Origin: Pedosphaera sp.
GTDB lineage: Bacteria > Verrucomicrobiota > Verrucomicrobiia > Limisphaerales > SIBH01
Reading direction: 5' to 3'
DNA length: 64,000 nucleotides
Assembly (NCBI GenBank): GCA_031414955.1
Contig: JANOQV010000040.1
Span: 1-64,000 of the forward strand
Shown here: piece after piece, positions 8,295 through 18,594 of the stretch
Layout of the letters: every line of letters starts with the position of its first letter
How positions within the stretch are numbered: the first letter of the stretch is position 1
Position numbers and translations under genes: made by a program
Notes under the pieces: model-generated
Told to the model about the DNA's origin: nothing
The model's database searches: none
What the model saw: only the letters and a program-made list of their open reading frames with translations

Positions 8295-9707
8295 ATGACA
8301 AAACAGGAAACGCCCGTGCTCTCTGCCGTTGATTCGCGACCGTGGTGGCAACTGCTCAATCGTTATCATTGGTTTGTCTTTGCCGTGGCCTCGCTCGCCT
8401 GGCTCTTCGATTGCCTCGATCAGCAGCTCTTCATTCTCGCCCGTACCAACGCCATCACCACGCTGCTCGGACCTGGCGCTGATCCGTTGAAGGTCAAGGA
8501 ATTCGGCGGCTATGCCACGGCGATCTTCGTCGCGGGCTGGGCCACGGGCGGACTGATCTTCGGCTCCATCGGCGATCGCATCGGGCGCGCGCGCACCCTC
8601 GCCATGACCGTGCTCCTCTACTCCGTATGCACGGGCCTGAGCGCCTTCTCGCGGAACTTTACCGACTTCGCCATTTACCGCTTCATCACCGGGCTGGGGG
8701 TGGGCGGCGTTTTTGGTCTGGCTGTGGCGCTGGTCGCGGATGCGCTCCCGGAAAAGGCCCGCCCCAAGGCGCTCGGGATGCTCCAAGCCTTGTCCGCCGT
8801 GGGCAATGTCACGGCCGGGCTCTGCAGCATGGCCGTGTCCGGAATGTCGCCTTTGGTGTCTTGGAAATATCTGTTTTGGATCGGCGCGGCCCCCGCGTTT
8901 CTCTGCCTCTTCATCATGCTGCGCCTGAAGGAGCCTGAGAAATGGGTGCAGGCTCGCGCGGCCAGCCAGAAAGCCGGCGGTAAGAAAATGGGTTCCTACG
9001 GCGACATGTTGGGCGTCGGCCCCTGGCGCCGGCCCGCCGTGCTCGGCATGCTCCTCTGCGTGGCCGGCGTGGTCGGCCTGTGGGGCGTGGGCTTCTTCAG
9101 TCCCGAGTTGGTCGTGCCTGCGCTCGACAAATCCCTCCGCGCCGAGGGACTGGACGGCCCGGCGCTGGGCGCGGCCAAGAACTGGTGGATGTCCATGAAC
9201 CTCATCGTGCAAAACATCGGCGCCTTCTTCGGCATGATTGCCTTCAGCAAGTTCGCCCACCGCTTCGGTCGCAAGCCTGCCTTCGCCCTCGGCTTCGTCA
9301 TGGCCTTCCTCGCCACCATCTTTTTCTTCCTCAGCTTCAAGAGCAAGGGCGACCTCTGGATGAGCGCCGTCATGGGCTTCTTCCAGCTCGGCCTCTTCGC
9401 TGGATTCGCCATCTACCTGCCGGAACTCTTCCCCACCCGCCTGCGCAGCACCGGCACCAGCTTCTGTTACAACGTCGGCCGCTTCATTGCCGCCACCGGC
9501 CCGTTCACTCTCGGCGTCCTCCAGTTGGCCCTCGGGGCCAAAGCCGTGGCCGCCCTCCCTGCCACCGCCGATGCCGTGGCCAAAGCTGACGCCAAGCTCG
9601 GCGCCTTTCGCGAAGCCGCCTGCTGGCTCAGTGCCATTTACCTGGTCGGCCTGATTGTGCTGCCCTTCCTGCCCGAGACGAAAGACCGGCCCATGCCGGA
9701 GGATTGA
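8295..9707 (+). CDS. MFS transporter
   Basis: Multiple TM helices; GDRIGR and RFGRK MFS motifs, PELFPTRLR.TG; ATG at 8295 preferred. Confidence 0.9.
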   Translation: MTKQETPVLSAVDSRPWWQLLNRYHWFVFAVASLAWLFDCLDQQLFILARTNAITTLLGPGADPLKVKEFGGYATAIFVAGWATGGLIFGSIGDRIGRARTLAMTVLLYSVCTGLSAFSRNFTDFAIYRFITGLGVGGVFGLAVALVADALPEKARPKALGMLQALSAVGNVTAGLCSMAVSGMSPLVSWKYLFWIGAAPAFLCLFIMLRLKEPEKWVQARAASQKAGGKKMGSYGDMLGVGPWRRPAVLGMLLCVAGVVGLWGVGFFSPELVVPALDKSLRAEGLDGPALGAAKNWWMSMNLIVQNIGAFFGMIAFSKFAHRFGRKPAFALGFVMAFLATIFFFLSFKSKGDLWMSAVMGFFQLGLFAGFAIYLPELFPTRLRSTGTSFCYNVGRFIAATGPFTLGVLQLALGAKAVAALPATADAVAKADAKLGAFREAACWLSAIYLVGLIVLPFLPETKDRPMPED

Positions 9708-9978
9708 AATTTGGCGTCGTTCAGCGGCGGTTCGCCCTGGGGAAGCCCGCCCTGATTCGTCGGCGCGGTGCAGCCCGTCCAAGGCTGGGTTGTGGCCGTC
9801 AGTTCTCAGCGTCACTCCTGGGTTGCAAAGTGCGATTCGGGGCCGCCGCCGCTTGCGCTTCAAGCAATTCCAGGCCGACCGTCCCCGCCTCCCGTCTGCG
9901 AGGTCGAGCCAGATGGCTCCCTTCCCATTACTTTCAATTGCATTGAAGCCGCTACGCTCGGCCCTTTAGCTTTTGCCC

Positions 9979-11094
9979 ATGCAAATTCCGGAAAGATTCG
10001 TCGCGCCTCCGCGCTTGTTGATGGGCCCCGGCCCGAGTGATGTCCCCCCGTCGGTCTTGCAAGCGATGGCGCAACCGTTGGTCGGTCATCTCGATCCTGT
10101 CTTCGTGAAGATGATGGAGGAGATCAAGACCATGCTGCGCGCGGTCTTCCAAACGCAGAACGAGATGACGTTCCCCGTGAGCGGCACGGGCAGTGCCGGA
10201 ATGGAATTCTGTTTCGTCAATCTGATCGAGCCGGGCGACGAAGTGATCATCGGGGTCAACGGAGTTTTCGGTAATCGAATGTGCGATGTCGCGGAACGCT
10301 GTGGCGCGCGCGTGACCAAAGTGGAGGCGGAGTGGGGCCGCATCATTGAAGCGGGCCAGATCAAGGAGGCGCTCCGCAAGGTCACGAAGCCGAAGCTCGT
10401 CGCGGTGGTTCATGCGGAGACTTCCACGGGCGCGCTCACGCCGGTGGAGGAGATCTCGCGGTTGGCGCACGAGGCGGGCGCGTTGTTCCTGATCGACACG
10501 GTGACGTCACTCGGCGGCTGCCCGGTGAAGCTGGACGAGTGGGGCGTGGATGCGGTTTACAGCGGCACGCAGAAGTGCTTGAGCTGTCCGCCCGGGCTGT
10601 CGCCGGTGTCGCTCAGTTCGCGCGCCATGGCCGTGGCGACGAAGCGCGCGAAGAAAGTGCAGAGCTGGTATCTCGATGTGAATCTGCTGGCGTCCTACTG
10701 GGGGGAGGCGCGCGTCTATCATCACACCGCGCCCATCTCGATGAACTACGCGCTGCACGAGGCGCTGCGGTTGGTGTTGAACGAAGGGTTGGAGAATCGT
10801 TTCCAAAGACATCGCGACAACCACCTGGCCTTAAAGCGCGGACTCGCGGAACTGGGCGTGAGTATCGCGTCGCAGGAGGGGCATCAACTCTGGCAACTGA
10901 ACGCCATCACCGTGCCGGTGGGCGCGGACGAAGCAGCGTTGCGCAAGCGCCTGCTCACGGAACACAATATCGAAGTCGGCGCGGGCCTGGGCGCACTGAA
11001 AGGCAAGATTATCCGCGTGGGTCTGATGGGTGAAACGTCGAAGGCGACCAACGTGAAGCAATTCCTGGCTGCCTTCCGGGCCTTGATCGCCTGA
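9979..11094 (+). CDS. Class V PLP aminotransferase (alanine/serine-glyoxylate aminotransferase family)
   Basis: [42 protein letters not shown]. Confidence 0.92.
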   Translation: MQIPERFVAPPRLLMGPGPSDVPPSVLQAMAQPLVGHLDPVFVKMMEEIKTMLRAVFQTQNEMTFPVSGTGSAGMEFCFVNLIEPGDEVIIGVNGVFGNRMCDVAERCGARVTKVEAEWGRIIEAGQIKEALRKVTKPKLVAVVHAETSTGALTPVEEISRLAHEAGALFLIDTVTSLGGCPVKLDEWGVDAVYSGTQKCLSCPPGLSPVSLSSRAMAVATKRAKKVQSWYLDVNLLASYWGEARVYHHTAPISMNYALHEALRLVLNEGLENRFQRHRDNHLALKRGLAELGVSIASQEGHQLWQLNAITVPVGADEAALRKRLLTEHNIEVGAGLGALKGKIIRVGLMGETSKATNVKQFLAAFRALIA

Positions 11095-11198
11095 AAGGAA
11101 CGGGGCAGGGGGGCGTCCGACCTCCGGGTTTTTGGTCCCACTTGCGCTGGTCTGGGATCACGGTGCTGTCGCTCCGCATGAGCCGACCGTGACAGAGA

Positions 11199-13157
11199 TC
11201 AGCGATTCCGAGTGGCGAACTCAATCCAGCGGGTTTGCACCCGTCGGCCCGTTTGCACCGTCCAGACCGCGCTGTCTTGGTCGGTGAACAAATGCGACTC
11301 ACGGTGCGCGCCGTGGTCGTCTTTCCAGTCAAAAGTCACCTGCGTCGCGTCGGTCGCGGCCGTGTGATAAACGAGGTGGGCTTCAGCCCTCAGATATTTC
11401 CAGCCTCCGTCGTTTTTGAAACGCACCTGCGCTGAACGCGCGGAGATGTCAGCGTTTTCCGTGGAGCCATAACAGAAACTTTGCGACCAAAAGTCCTTTG
11501 GCTCATTTCCCCGGCGCGGAATTGTCCAATCGCGCACCAGGGATTTCCACGTTTGGCCGGAGTCGGTGGAGACCTCGATCTGAGATTTGGTTTCGGCGCG
11601 CGGCGGATTTCCCGAGGCCATCTGGGCCACGGCGTAAATGGTGGCGATGATTTCGCCGCGCGGTGGTTTGACTTCTAGCGTGACCGAAGGTGTGTCGAAA
11701 GCTCCGGCTACGATATGCGTCTGCGCCTGTTCGCGGTTCGGCCCGGCGGCAACCAGCGCTCGATTCGAGGCCGCGAACCTCACGCGTGTGCCGTCGTCTT
11801 GCAAGCGTGGCAGCATCGCGACATTGGCCTGGCACACCGTCGTCATCGTCAATCCGGATCCAGCCAAAGCCAGCGCGCTCGCTCCGAAACGGATGAAGTA
11901 CTGGCGACGGCCTTTCACGAAGTCGGTCAGATCCATGCCGTCCTTGAACGCTCCACAGTCCTGCCATGTGCGGCCCTGATCGACCGAGAGTGACACGTTG
12001 CATGTCGCCGAACCGCGCAGCACGAGTCCGGCGCGCCCGCCCGCGTCGTAGATGCCCCACGGTTTGTCGTTGGCCGGCTTCGTGGCAATGATGTAGGGCG
12101 TGTAGAACTCGAACGTGACCTGGGTGTCGCTTTCCTTAATGGTTCCCTCGTGATAATCGCCTGTCTTGAAATTAGGCGAGTAGTTGTAAACCGCATTGGC
12201 ATAACGAACCTGCCCCGGCTTGTAGCCCGCGCCGTTGCGTGAGCCGTGCATCGCCTCCGGTTGATTGACCCAGGTCTGTGATCTCTCCGGTCCCGGAACC
12301 CCGTCCGTGTTGTAATTGCGACCCCAGAAGACAAATGTCCTTCCGTCCTCCAAACCTGGCTTCAAATAGCGCCGCAGTGTTTCGCCGCGGCGCAAGTGAA
12401 CCATCGGAGGCGGCCCCGCGTAGCCAGCGAGATACTCCGCAGTCGCGTATTGGCGGTAAACGCCGCCATCTTCGGGATGCAGCCCGCACACCAGCCAACC
12501 ACGTTGTTTCTGCGGGGAGAATTTGCGATCGGTCAATTGCTTCCAATCCGGCTTCACATCGGCAATCGACAAAAGCCCTTGGCCATGGAGGTCGAAGATG
12601 ACGGTGGAAAGGTCATGGTCGAGCAGAGCCCACCGGCCTGCGCCGTAGGAGTCGCCGGTAAGAAACACTTCAAAGGAATTGTGGCCATCGACCCCGACAC
12701 CGCGTCCCCGACCATGACCGAGGAGATTTTCCATTTCCGCCGTCCACTGTGAGTGCGTGGTACCGCACAGTCCGAAGCCGTGCGCGAAGAGTCCCGTCCA
12801 GTACTCGCGTGTGCGCAGGTCGCCCTTGGTGAAACCCGTGCCCCACAAATCTTCCGCGCCCTCTTCGCCGTGCGCATAGTGGGTGTTGCGCCAGAACCAC
12901 GAGGCCAGCGCCTGGTCCTGATCGGTCTGTGGTTCGATGCTGGTGGCGCGCTGATATTGTTCCTTCTGGGTGGCACGCAAACGCTCGAAGGTAGAGCAAG
13001 CGAGATCCCCTGGATACCACGGATGGTCGGTGCGGATCTGTGGATCGCCAACGGCCGCCAGCGTCAGCGGCGTGGACACGAGCAACAAAAGCAGGCTGGC
13101 GGAAAGGAAACTCCGCTCGCGACCAACGCCTTCACGAATCTGGCCCCGCTTGTTCAT
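11199..13157 (-). CDS. Secreted hypothetical protein with putative transglutaminase-like Cys-His-Asp core
   Basis: Long ORF with hydrophobic signal; GLCG...GHNSFEV...WALLD; start uncertain (ORF open to 13271). Confidence 0.7.
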   Translation of the reverse strand: MNKRGQIREGVGRERSFLSASLLLLLVSTPLTLAAVGDPQIRTDHPWYPGDLACSTFERLRATQKEQYQRATSIEPQTDQDQALASWFWRNTHYAHGEEGAEDLWGTGFTKGDLRTREYWTGLFAHGFGLCGTTHSQWTAEMENLLGHGRGRGVGVDGHNSFEVFLTGDSYGAGRWALLDHDLSTVIFDLHGQGLLSIADVKPDWKQLTDRKFSPQKQRGWLVCGLHPEDGGVYRQYATAEYLAGYAGPPPMVHLRRGETLRRYLKPGLEDGRTFVFWGRNYNTDGVPGPERSQTWVNQPEAMHGSRNGAGYKPGQVRYANAVYNYSPNFKTGDYHEGTIKESDTQVTFEFYTPYIIATKPANDKPWGIYDAGGRAGLVLRGSATCNVSLSVDQGRTWQDCGAFKDGMDLTDFVKGRRQYFIRFGASALALAGSGLTMTTVCQANVAMLPRLQDDGTRVRFAASNRALVAAGPNREQAQTHIVAGAFDTPSVTLEVKPPRGEIIATIYAVAQMASGNPPRAETKSQIEVSTDSGQTWKSLVRDWTIPRRGNEPKDFWSQSFCYGSTENADISARSAQVRFKNDGGWKYLRAEAHLVYHTAATDATQVTFDWKDDHGAHRESHLFTDQDSAVWTVQTGRRVQTRWIEFATRNR

Positions 13158-13672
13158 AGTGTTTGCATCAATCCACATAGCCAGCGTCCTGCCAAGTCGA
13201 ATGATGGGCACCGCACCTTCGGGGCGAAATCTGGCACCGTGACCGGAGGCTGAGGTATCTACCGCATCCATTGCTTGTGGCCGCGTCAGTTGAAATTATC
13301 CAGCCACATTTTCGCTCCGCAGTCGGCCTCTTGCGTAATGCTGAGGGGCGAGCCATTGGGCCAGTGCCGCTTGGCGGTTTTGTCGCCGGGGGATTTTATC
13401 GGGGAATTGTCCGCCCATCCTGCTGCGACGAAGCGCCGGCTCGTGGCGTGTGTTCTAGGAATTGAACTAGTTTCACAGTTCGTTGCGCATGTTTCACCCG
13501 GCACATTTACAGCGCGCCGTGGCGTGCCTGTCAGACTGCGTCGTGGTCGCTGCCGGGAGAAAAACCTGCTGCAAACTTATTCCTCGTGCCATGCGTGGGA
13601 GGTGCGTTTTTAGGCGCTCGCCAGCAGGTTGTGGCTGCGCGCAAATCAGGTCAAAAAATCTTGGAAAACATT

Positions 13673-13701
13673 TTGACAAGAATTAGGTGCTTCCATACCG
13701 T
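13673..13701 (+). promoter_or_regulatory. Sigma70-type promoter of the trnT-tuf operon
   Basis: TTGACA-N17-TACCGT with AT-rich upstream sequence. Confidence 0.7.
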
Positions 13702-13828
13702 CCGCCCTCAGTCGTTGGGCCGTGAAAGGATAGAGAGCCGCCACCGACCCTGAATTTTCAAAGCGAAAGCCAAGGGTTAGTGGGTTTTTTTTCGCTTTAA
13801 GGGCAGGCGGGCATGTGCAGATTGGGGT

Positions 13829-13904
13829 GCCCATGTAGCTCAGTTGGTAGAGCACGTCCTTGGTAAGGACGAGGTCATCGGTTCAAACCCGATCGTGGGC
13901 TCCA
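13829..13904 (+). tRNA. trnT: tRNA-Thr(GGT)
   Basis: Cloverleaf, anticodon arm CGTCC-TTGGTAA-GGACG, GTTCAAA T-loop, encoded CCA. Confidence 0.96.
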
Positions 13905-13952
13905 TACGATTTTAGGAAATAGTAAAAAACAAAACTCAAGCAGGAGATAGCA

Positions 13953-15143
13953 ATGGCAAAGGAACAGTTTCAAAGAACGAAGCCGCATGTGAATGTTGGA
14001 ACGATTGGCCACGTTGACCACGGCAAATCCACTCTCACCGCCGCGATTGTCGAAGTACAGCATCGTAAAGGGTTGGCCCCGGCGATCAGTTATGCGGACA
14101 TCACTAAGGGTGGCACTGTCCGTGACGAGACTAAAACCGTCACTATCGCCGTCTCGCACGTCGAATACGAATCTCCCCTGCGTCACTACGCGCATGTTGA
14201 CTGCCCCGGCCACGCTGACTATGTGAAGAACATGATCACCGGCGCCGCGCAGATGGACGGCGCGATCCTTGTAGTCAGCGCTGCGGACGGCCCGATGCCC
14301 CAGACGCGTGAGCACATCCTGCTGGCCCGTCAGGTTGGCGTGCCCGCCATCGTGGTGTTCCTGAACAAGGTGGATCTCGTGGATGACACGGAGTTGCTCG
14401 ACCTCGTCGAGATGGAAATTCGCGATCTCCTCACGAAGTACGGTTTTCCTGGCGAAACCACGCCCATCATCCGCGGCAGTGCGACCGCCGCGATGGCTGC
14501 GAAGCCCGAAGGCGAGAAGGCGATTGCTGACTTGCTCGACGCGGTGGACAAGTTCATTCCGATCCCGACGCGCGAGATCGACAAGCCCTTCCTGATGTGC
14601 ATTGAAGACGTGTTCACTATCGAAGGCCGTGGCACGGTCGTGACCGGCCGTGTGGAACGCGGTGAACTGCTGCGCATGACGGAAGTTGAAATCGTCGGTC
14701 TCAAGGACACGCGCAAGACGACGGCGACGGACATTGAAGCCTTCCGCAAACTGCTCGACAAGGCGAGTGCCGGAGACAATGTCGGTGTGCTGCTTCGCGG
14801 CACGACCAAGGATGATGTGGAGCGCGGCATGGTGCTCTCGAAGCCCGGCTCGATCACGCCGCACACGAAGTTCAAGGCGGAAGTGTACGTGCTCTCGAAG
14901 GAAGAAGGCGGCCGTCACACGCCGTTTTTCAACAAGTACCGCCCGCAGTTTTATTTCCGCACTTCGGACGTGACTGGTGACATGACTTTGCCGGCCGGTG
15001 TGGAAATGGTGATGCCGGGTGACAATGTTTCCATTGATGTTGAACTGCAGAAGCCCGTGGCGATGGAAAAGGGCCAGCGTTTCGCGATTCGCGAGGGTGG
15101 CCGCACCATCGGTGCTGGTCGCGTCAGCGAAGTGATGAAGTAA
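13953..15143 (+). CDS. tuf: Elongation factor Tu
   Basis: [44 protein letters not shown]. Confidence 0.99.
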   Translation: MAKEQFQRTKPHVNVGTIGHVDHGKSTLTAAIVEVQHRKGLAPAISYADITKGGTVRDETKTVTIAVSHVEYESPLRHYAHVDCPGHADYVKNMITGAAQMDGAILVVSAADGPMPQTREHILLARQVGVPAIVVFLNKVDLVDDTELLDLVEMEIRDLLTKYGFPGETTPIIRGSATAAMAAKPEGEKAIADLLDAVDKFIPIPTREIDKPFLMCIEDVFTIEGRGTVVTGRVERGELLRMTEVEIVGLKDTRKTTATDIEAFRKLLDKASAGDNVGVLLRGTTKDDVERGMVLSKPGSITPHTKFKAEVYVLSKEEGGRHTPFFNKYRPQFYFRTSDVTGDMTLPAGVEMVMPGDNVSIDVELQKPVAMEKGQRFAIREGGRTIGAGRVSEVMK

Positions 15144-15216
15144 TTTGTTCCTGAGAACATGAGCGGGGGGCGTGATAAGCGTTCCTCCGCATTTTAGTCT
15201 AGCGAGTGGGCTTAGT

Positions 15217-15292
15217 ACGGCGTTAGCTCAATTGGTAGAGTAGCGGTCTCCAAAACCGTTGGTTGGGGGTTCGAGTCCCTCACGCCGTGCCA
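15217..15292 (+). tRNA. trnW: tRNA-Trp(CCA)
   Basis: Cloverleaf, anticodon loop CTCCAAA, GTTCGAG T-loop, CCA end. Confidence 0.96.
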
Positions 15293-15303
15293 GTCCGGGA
15301 ATT

Positions 15304-15393
15304 GGAGAGGTGGCAGAGTGGTCTATCGCGGCGGTCTTGAAAACCGCTTTGGGTGAAAGCCCAACGGGGGTTCGAATCCCTCCCTCTCCGCCA
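15304..15393 (+). tRNA. trnS: tRNA-Ser(TGA)
   Basis: GGAGAGG/CCTCTCC acceptor stem, GCGGT-CTTGAAA-ACCGC, long variable arm, GCCA end. Confidence 0.95.
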
Positions 15394-15407
15394 GCAGGTA
15401 ATTTGTC

Positions 15408-15671
15408 ATGAATTTCTACATTAAGTTGTTGATTTGGGTGCTCGCTGTGGGTGCTGTCTTTGGTGTGCTCTGGCGCACAGGGCAACTCTTGCGCCTGACG
15501 AGTTACATTCAGGAGACCAAGGAGGAACTGAAGAAATGCACTTGGCCGAGCGTGGATGAGTTGAAAGGTTCAACTTTGGTCGTGCTGTTCTGTGTTCTTG
15601 GTTTGGGCTTGTTCACCGTGGCGGTGGACTGGTTGCTTCTTTTGTTTGTGCGGGGAATCACGGCCAACTAA
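15408..15671 (+). CDS. secE: Preprotein translocase subunit SecE
   Basis: ELKKCTWPS motif followed by TM helix; precedes nusG. Confidence 0.92.
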   Translation: MNFYIKLLIWVLAVGAVFGVLWRTGQLLRLTSYIQETKEELKKCTWPSVDELKGSTLVVLFCVLGLGLFTVAVDWLLLLFVRGITAN

Positions 15672-15683
15672 TTCAGTAATTGC

Positions 15684-16232
15684 ATGAAAAGCCAGTGGTT
15701 CGTAATCCATACTCTCTCCGGGCAGGAGCACAAAGTGAAGGAGAGCATCGAGAAGCGCATGAAAGCCGAGGAGATGGGCGAGTACATCAAGGAAGTGCTT
15801 GTGCCGGTCGAGAAGGTTGTGGACGTGCGCGGCGGCAAGAAGACGGTCACGAACCGCAAATTGCACCCCGGCTACGTTTACATCGATATGGTCTTGCTGG
15901 ATGACAGCCGGGGCATCCTTCCAAAGCCTTGGTTTTTCATTCAGGAGACCCCAGGCAAGATTGGCTTCGTGGGCGGAGATCGCCCGGTGCCGGTTACTGC
16001 GGATGAAATGGCCGTGATTAAGGAGACGATTACGGACAGCGAGGATGCCGAGCGTCCGAAGGTTCAGTTTGAGATGGGCGAAAATGTAAAGATCATGGAT
16101 GGACCGTTCATGAATTTTAGCGGCTTGATCGAGGAGATCGATCCAACCCGCGGCAAGTTGAAGATCACTGTGAATATATTCGGCCGCAACACTCCGGTGG
16201 AACTGGAATACTGGCAGGTGGAGAAGGCGTAA
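15684..16232 (+). CDS. nusG: Transcription termination/antitermination factor NusG
   Basis: WFVIHTLSGQE.KV, PGYV, KOW motif DGPF..FSG, IFGR.TPVEL. Confidence 0.97.
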   Translation: MKSQWFVIHTLSGQEHKVKESIEKRMKAEEMGEYIKEVLVPVEKVVDVRGGKKTVTNRKLHPGYVYIDMVLLDDSRGILPKPWFFIQETPGKIGFVGGDRPVPVTADEMAVIKETITDSEDAERPKVQFEMGENVKIMDGPFMNFSGLIEEIDPTRGKLKITVNIFGRNTPVELEYWQVEKA

Positions 16233-16279
16233 TCTAATCGAACTCAGTCGATCGTTGCTGAGTCCAAACCTAAATTTTT

Positions 16280-16708
16280 ATGGCGAAGAAGAAGACAGGC
16301 GAAATCAAATTGCAAATCCCGGCTGGGCAGGCGAACCCTGCGCCGCCGGTCGGTCCGGCACTCGGTCAGCACGGCGTAAACATTATGGGCTTCTGCAAGG
16401 AGTTCAATGCCGTGACCAAGGATCAGAATGGCATGATCATCCCAGTGGTCATCTCTGTTTATCAGGACAAGTCATTCACTTTCATCACCAAGTCCCCTCC
16501 GGCTTCCGCGCTGCTCAAGAAAGCTGCTGGCATCGCCAGCGGTTCAAAAACGCCGAACAAGGAAAAGGTCGGCAAGGTCACGCGCAAGCAGGTGATGGAC
16601 ATCGTGAAGCTCAAGTTCAAGGACATGAACGCCACATCTGAGGAAGCCGCTTTTCGTCAAGTCGCAGGAACCGCCCGCAGCATGGGTGTTGAAGTTCTGG
16701 ACAAGTAG
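16280..16708 (+). CDS. rplK: 50S ribosomal protein L11
   Basis: [33 protein letters not shown]. Confidence 0.98.
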   Translation: MAKKKTGEIKLQIPAGQANPAPPVGPALGQHGVNIMGFCKEFNAVTKDQNGMIIPVVISVYQDKSFTFITKSPPASALLKKAAGIASGSKTPNKEKVGKVTRKQVMDIVKLKFKDMNATSEEAAFRQVAGTARSMGVEVLDK

Positions 16709-16718
16709 AAACCTAAAC

Positions 16719-16755
16719 GCGGGAGAGTCCGTAAATTCGGATTCGCCAGCACCGC
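16719..16755 (+). promoter_or_regulatory. Putative L1-binding autoregulatory RNA site
   Basis: GCGG-GA-GAGTCCG...CGGATTC-GCCAGCA-CCGC: two helices around an asymmetric loop with GGGAG, 8 nt upstream of the rplA ATG. Confidence 0.55.
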
Positions 16756-16763
16756 ACAAAAAC

Positions 16764-17468
16764 ATGCCCAAACAATATAGTAAGCGTTACCGCAAGGCTC
16801 TCGAACAAGTGGATGCCAGCAAGGCTTATCCGCTTAAATCCGCTGTCGACGTTCTCGTCAAATTCCCCAAGGCCAAGTTCAACGAGTCAGTGGACCTCGC
16901 CTTTAAACTCGGCGTTGATCCGAAGCAATCCGACCAGATGGTTCGCGGCACCGTTCCGTTGCCCCACGGCAGCGGCAAGGTGGTGCGCGTGCTCGTTTTT
17001 GCCCAAGGTGCCGCTGCCGAGGCCGCCAAGGCGGCAGGTGCGGAATATGTTGGCTATGACGACATGATTAAGAAGTGTAACGAAGGCTGGAACGATTTCG
17101 ATGTCGCCGTGGCTACGCCAGCCGCCATGAGCGAGGTTCGCAAACTCGGCAAGGTTCTCGGCCCGCGAGGGCTGATGCCCAATCCCAAGACCGGCACCGT
17201 CACCGAAGACACGGGGAAAGCTGTGAAGGAAGTCAAAGCTGGTCGTGTCGAGTTTAAGGTGGACAAGGGGGGGAATGTTCATGTCGCTGTCGGCAAGGTT
17301 TCCTTCCCCCAGAACCAGATTGAAGAAAACGCCCGCGCTGTCATTGAGGCTGTCACCAAGTCTCGTCCCTCGGGTGTCAAGGGCACTTTCATTCACACCT
17401 GCACGCTGTCGGCGACCATGAGTCCGCCCGTGCGCATCGACCTCCGCGAATTCAACGCGACGGCCTAA
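16764..17468 (+). CDS. rplA: 50S ribosomal protein L1
   Basis: KFNESVD, DQMVRGTV.LPHG.GK, LGPRGLMPNPKTGTVT. Confidence 0.98.
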   Translation: MPKQYSKRYRKALEQVDASKAYPLKSAVDVLVKFPKAKFNESVDLAFKLGVDPKQSDQMVRGTVPLPHGSGKVVRVLVFAQGAAAEAAKAAGAEYVGYDDMIKKCNEGWNDFDVAVATPAAMSEVRKLGKVLGPRGLMPNPKTGTVTEDTGKAVKEVKAGRVEFKVDKGGNVHVAVGKVSFPQNQIEENARAVIEAVTKSRPSGVKGTFIHTCTLSATMSPPVRIDLREFNATA

Positions 17469-17492
17469 ACCATTTGCTGAAAGGACTGAAAC

Positions 17493-18005
17493 ATGCGTGC
17501 TGAGAAACAAATCATTTCGGGCGAATACGTCGCCCGCCTGAACTCCTCCCCATTCTTTATCGTAGTGGATTATACCGGCCTTCGCGTCGGCCCCATGACG
17601 GAGTTGCGCAAACGGCTGAACAAAGCCGGGGCCGAGATTCACGTCGTCAAGAACACCATCTTTCGCATTGCGGCGAAGGAAGCCGGCGTGAGCGATCTCA
17701 CTGGTTCCTTGACTGGTCAAACTGCCGTGGTCACCGGACAACGCGACATTTCTGCGGCGGCCAAGGTGCTCAAGACCTTCACCGCCGAATTCGAGAAGCC
17801 CAAGACCCGTTTTGGGTTTCTGAACAACCAGCGCCTGGACGCCGACGCCCTCAAGGTGCTGGCCGATCTGCCGCCGATGGAAGTGCTACGGGCCAAATTC
17901 CTTGGCCTGTTGAACACCCCGGCGACCACGCTTGTCGCGCTGCTCAATACGCCCGCGAGTCAGTTGGCCCGGGTGCTCCAGGCCAAGGTGGACAAGGGCG
18001 ATTAA
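17493..18005 (+). CDS. rplJ: 50S ribosomal protein L10
   Basis: DYTGL.V..MTELR, VVKNT, LADLPP; position between rplA and rplL. Confidence 0.95.
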   Translation: MRAEKQIISGEYVARLNSSPFFIVVDYTGLRVGPMTELRKRLNKAGAEIHVVKNTIFRIAAKEAGVSDLTGSLTGQTAVVTGQRDISAAAKVLKTFTAEFEKPKTRFGFLNNQRLDADALKVLADLPPMEVLRAKFLGLLNTPATTLVALLNTPASQLARVLQAKVDKGD

Positions 18006-18147
18006 CGGAAAGTTTTAACACTTTCCTCGCTCCGTGGCCACGGAGCGGGGGGATTAACCAACAAAAACAAAAAGTAAATCGTCGGTCGGCAGGCTTGTCG
18101 GCTCAAAACATTCGTGGCCTCGGATGACGACGAGACTGAAAGGTAAC

Positions 18148-18537
18148 ATGGCTGACATTGCAGCAATTGTAGAACAACTGAGCGGTCTGACGGTGATGGA
18201 AGTCGCCGACCTCGTGAAGCAGCTCGAAGGCAAGTGGGGTGTCACGGCTGCGGCTCCGGTCGCGGTGGCGGCAGCGGGCGGCGCAGCCGGTGGCGCAGCG
18301 GCTCCGGCCGCCGAAGCCCAGACCACCTTCGACGTGATCCTCGTCTCCGCCCCGGCGGACAAGAAGATCTCCGTCATCAAGGCGGTGCGCGAAGTGAAGG
18401 CTGGACTTGGCCTCGCGGATGCGAAGGCTCTCGTCGAAGGCGCTCCCAAGCCCATCCTCGAAGGCGCTCCCAAGGCCGAAGCGGAAGCGGCCAAGAAGAA
18501 GCTCGAAGAGGCTGGTGCCAAGGTCGATCTCAAGTAA
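18148..18537 (+). CDS. rplL: 50S ribosomal protein L7/L12
   Basis: [29 protein letters not shown]...LGL.DAK.LVE; ATG after GAAAGG. Confidence 0.97.
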   Translation: MADIAAIVEQLSGLTVMEVADLVKQLEGKWGVTAAAPVAVAAAGGAAGGAAAPAAEAQTTFDVILVSAPADKKISVIKAVREVKAGLGLADAKALVEGAPKPILEGAPKAEAEAAKKKLEEAGAKVDLK

Positions 18538-18559
18538 TCGACTCCAGTATAGTTTTCAC

Positions 18560-18594
18560 AGGAGCGGCGGGGCAACCCGCCGCTCCTTTTGTTT
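18560..18594 (+). terminator. Intrinsic terminator after rplL
   Basis: AGGAGCGGCGGG-gcaa-CCCGCCGCTCCT-TTTGTTT. Confidence 0.9.

Noticed and set aside
8073..9863. Long antisense ORFs (e.g. 8073-9863, 25654-28260, 41771-43612, 50912-53077)
   Set aside because: Shadows of well-supported genes on the opposite strand, expected with high-GC codon usage
9708..9960. Glycine or other riboswitch upstream of the aminotransferase
   Set aside because: No recognisable aptamer motif; only GC-rich chance pairing, and a promoter-like sequence lies downstream of it
15161..15195. Terminator after tuf
   Set aside because: Imperfect stem with a short T-run and tRNAs immediately downstream; more likely a processing or stability hairpin
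13829..15393. tRNA-targeted genomic island
   Set aside because: No duplicated tRNA 3' end and no integrase seen in the window
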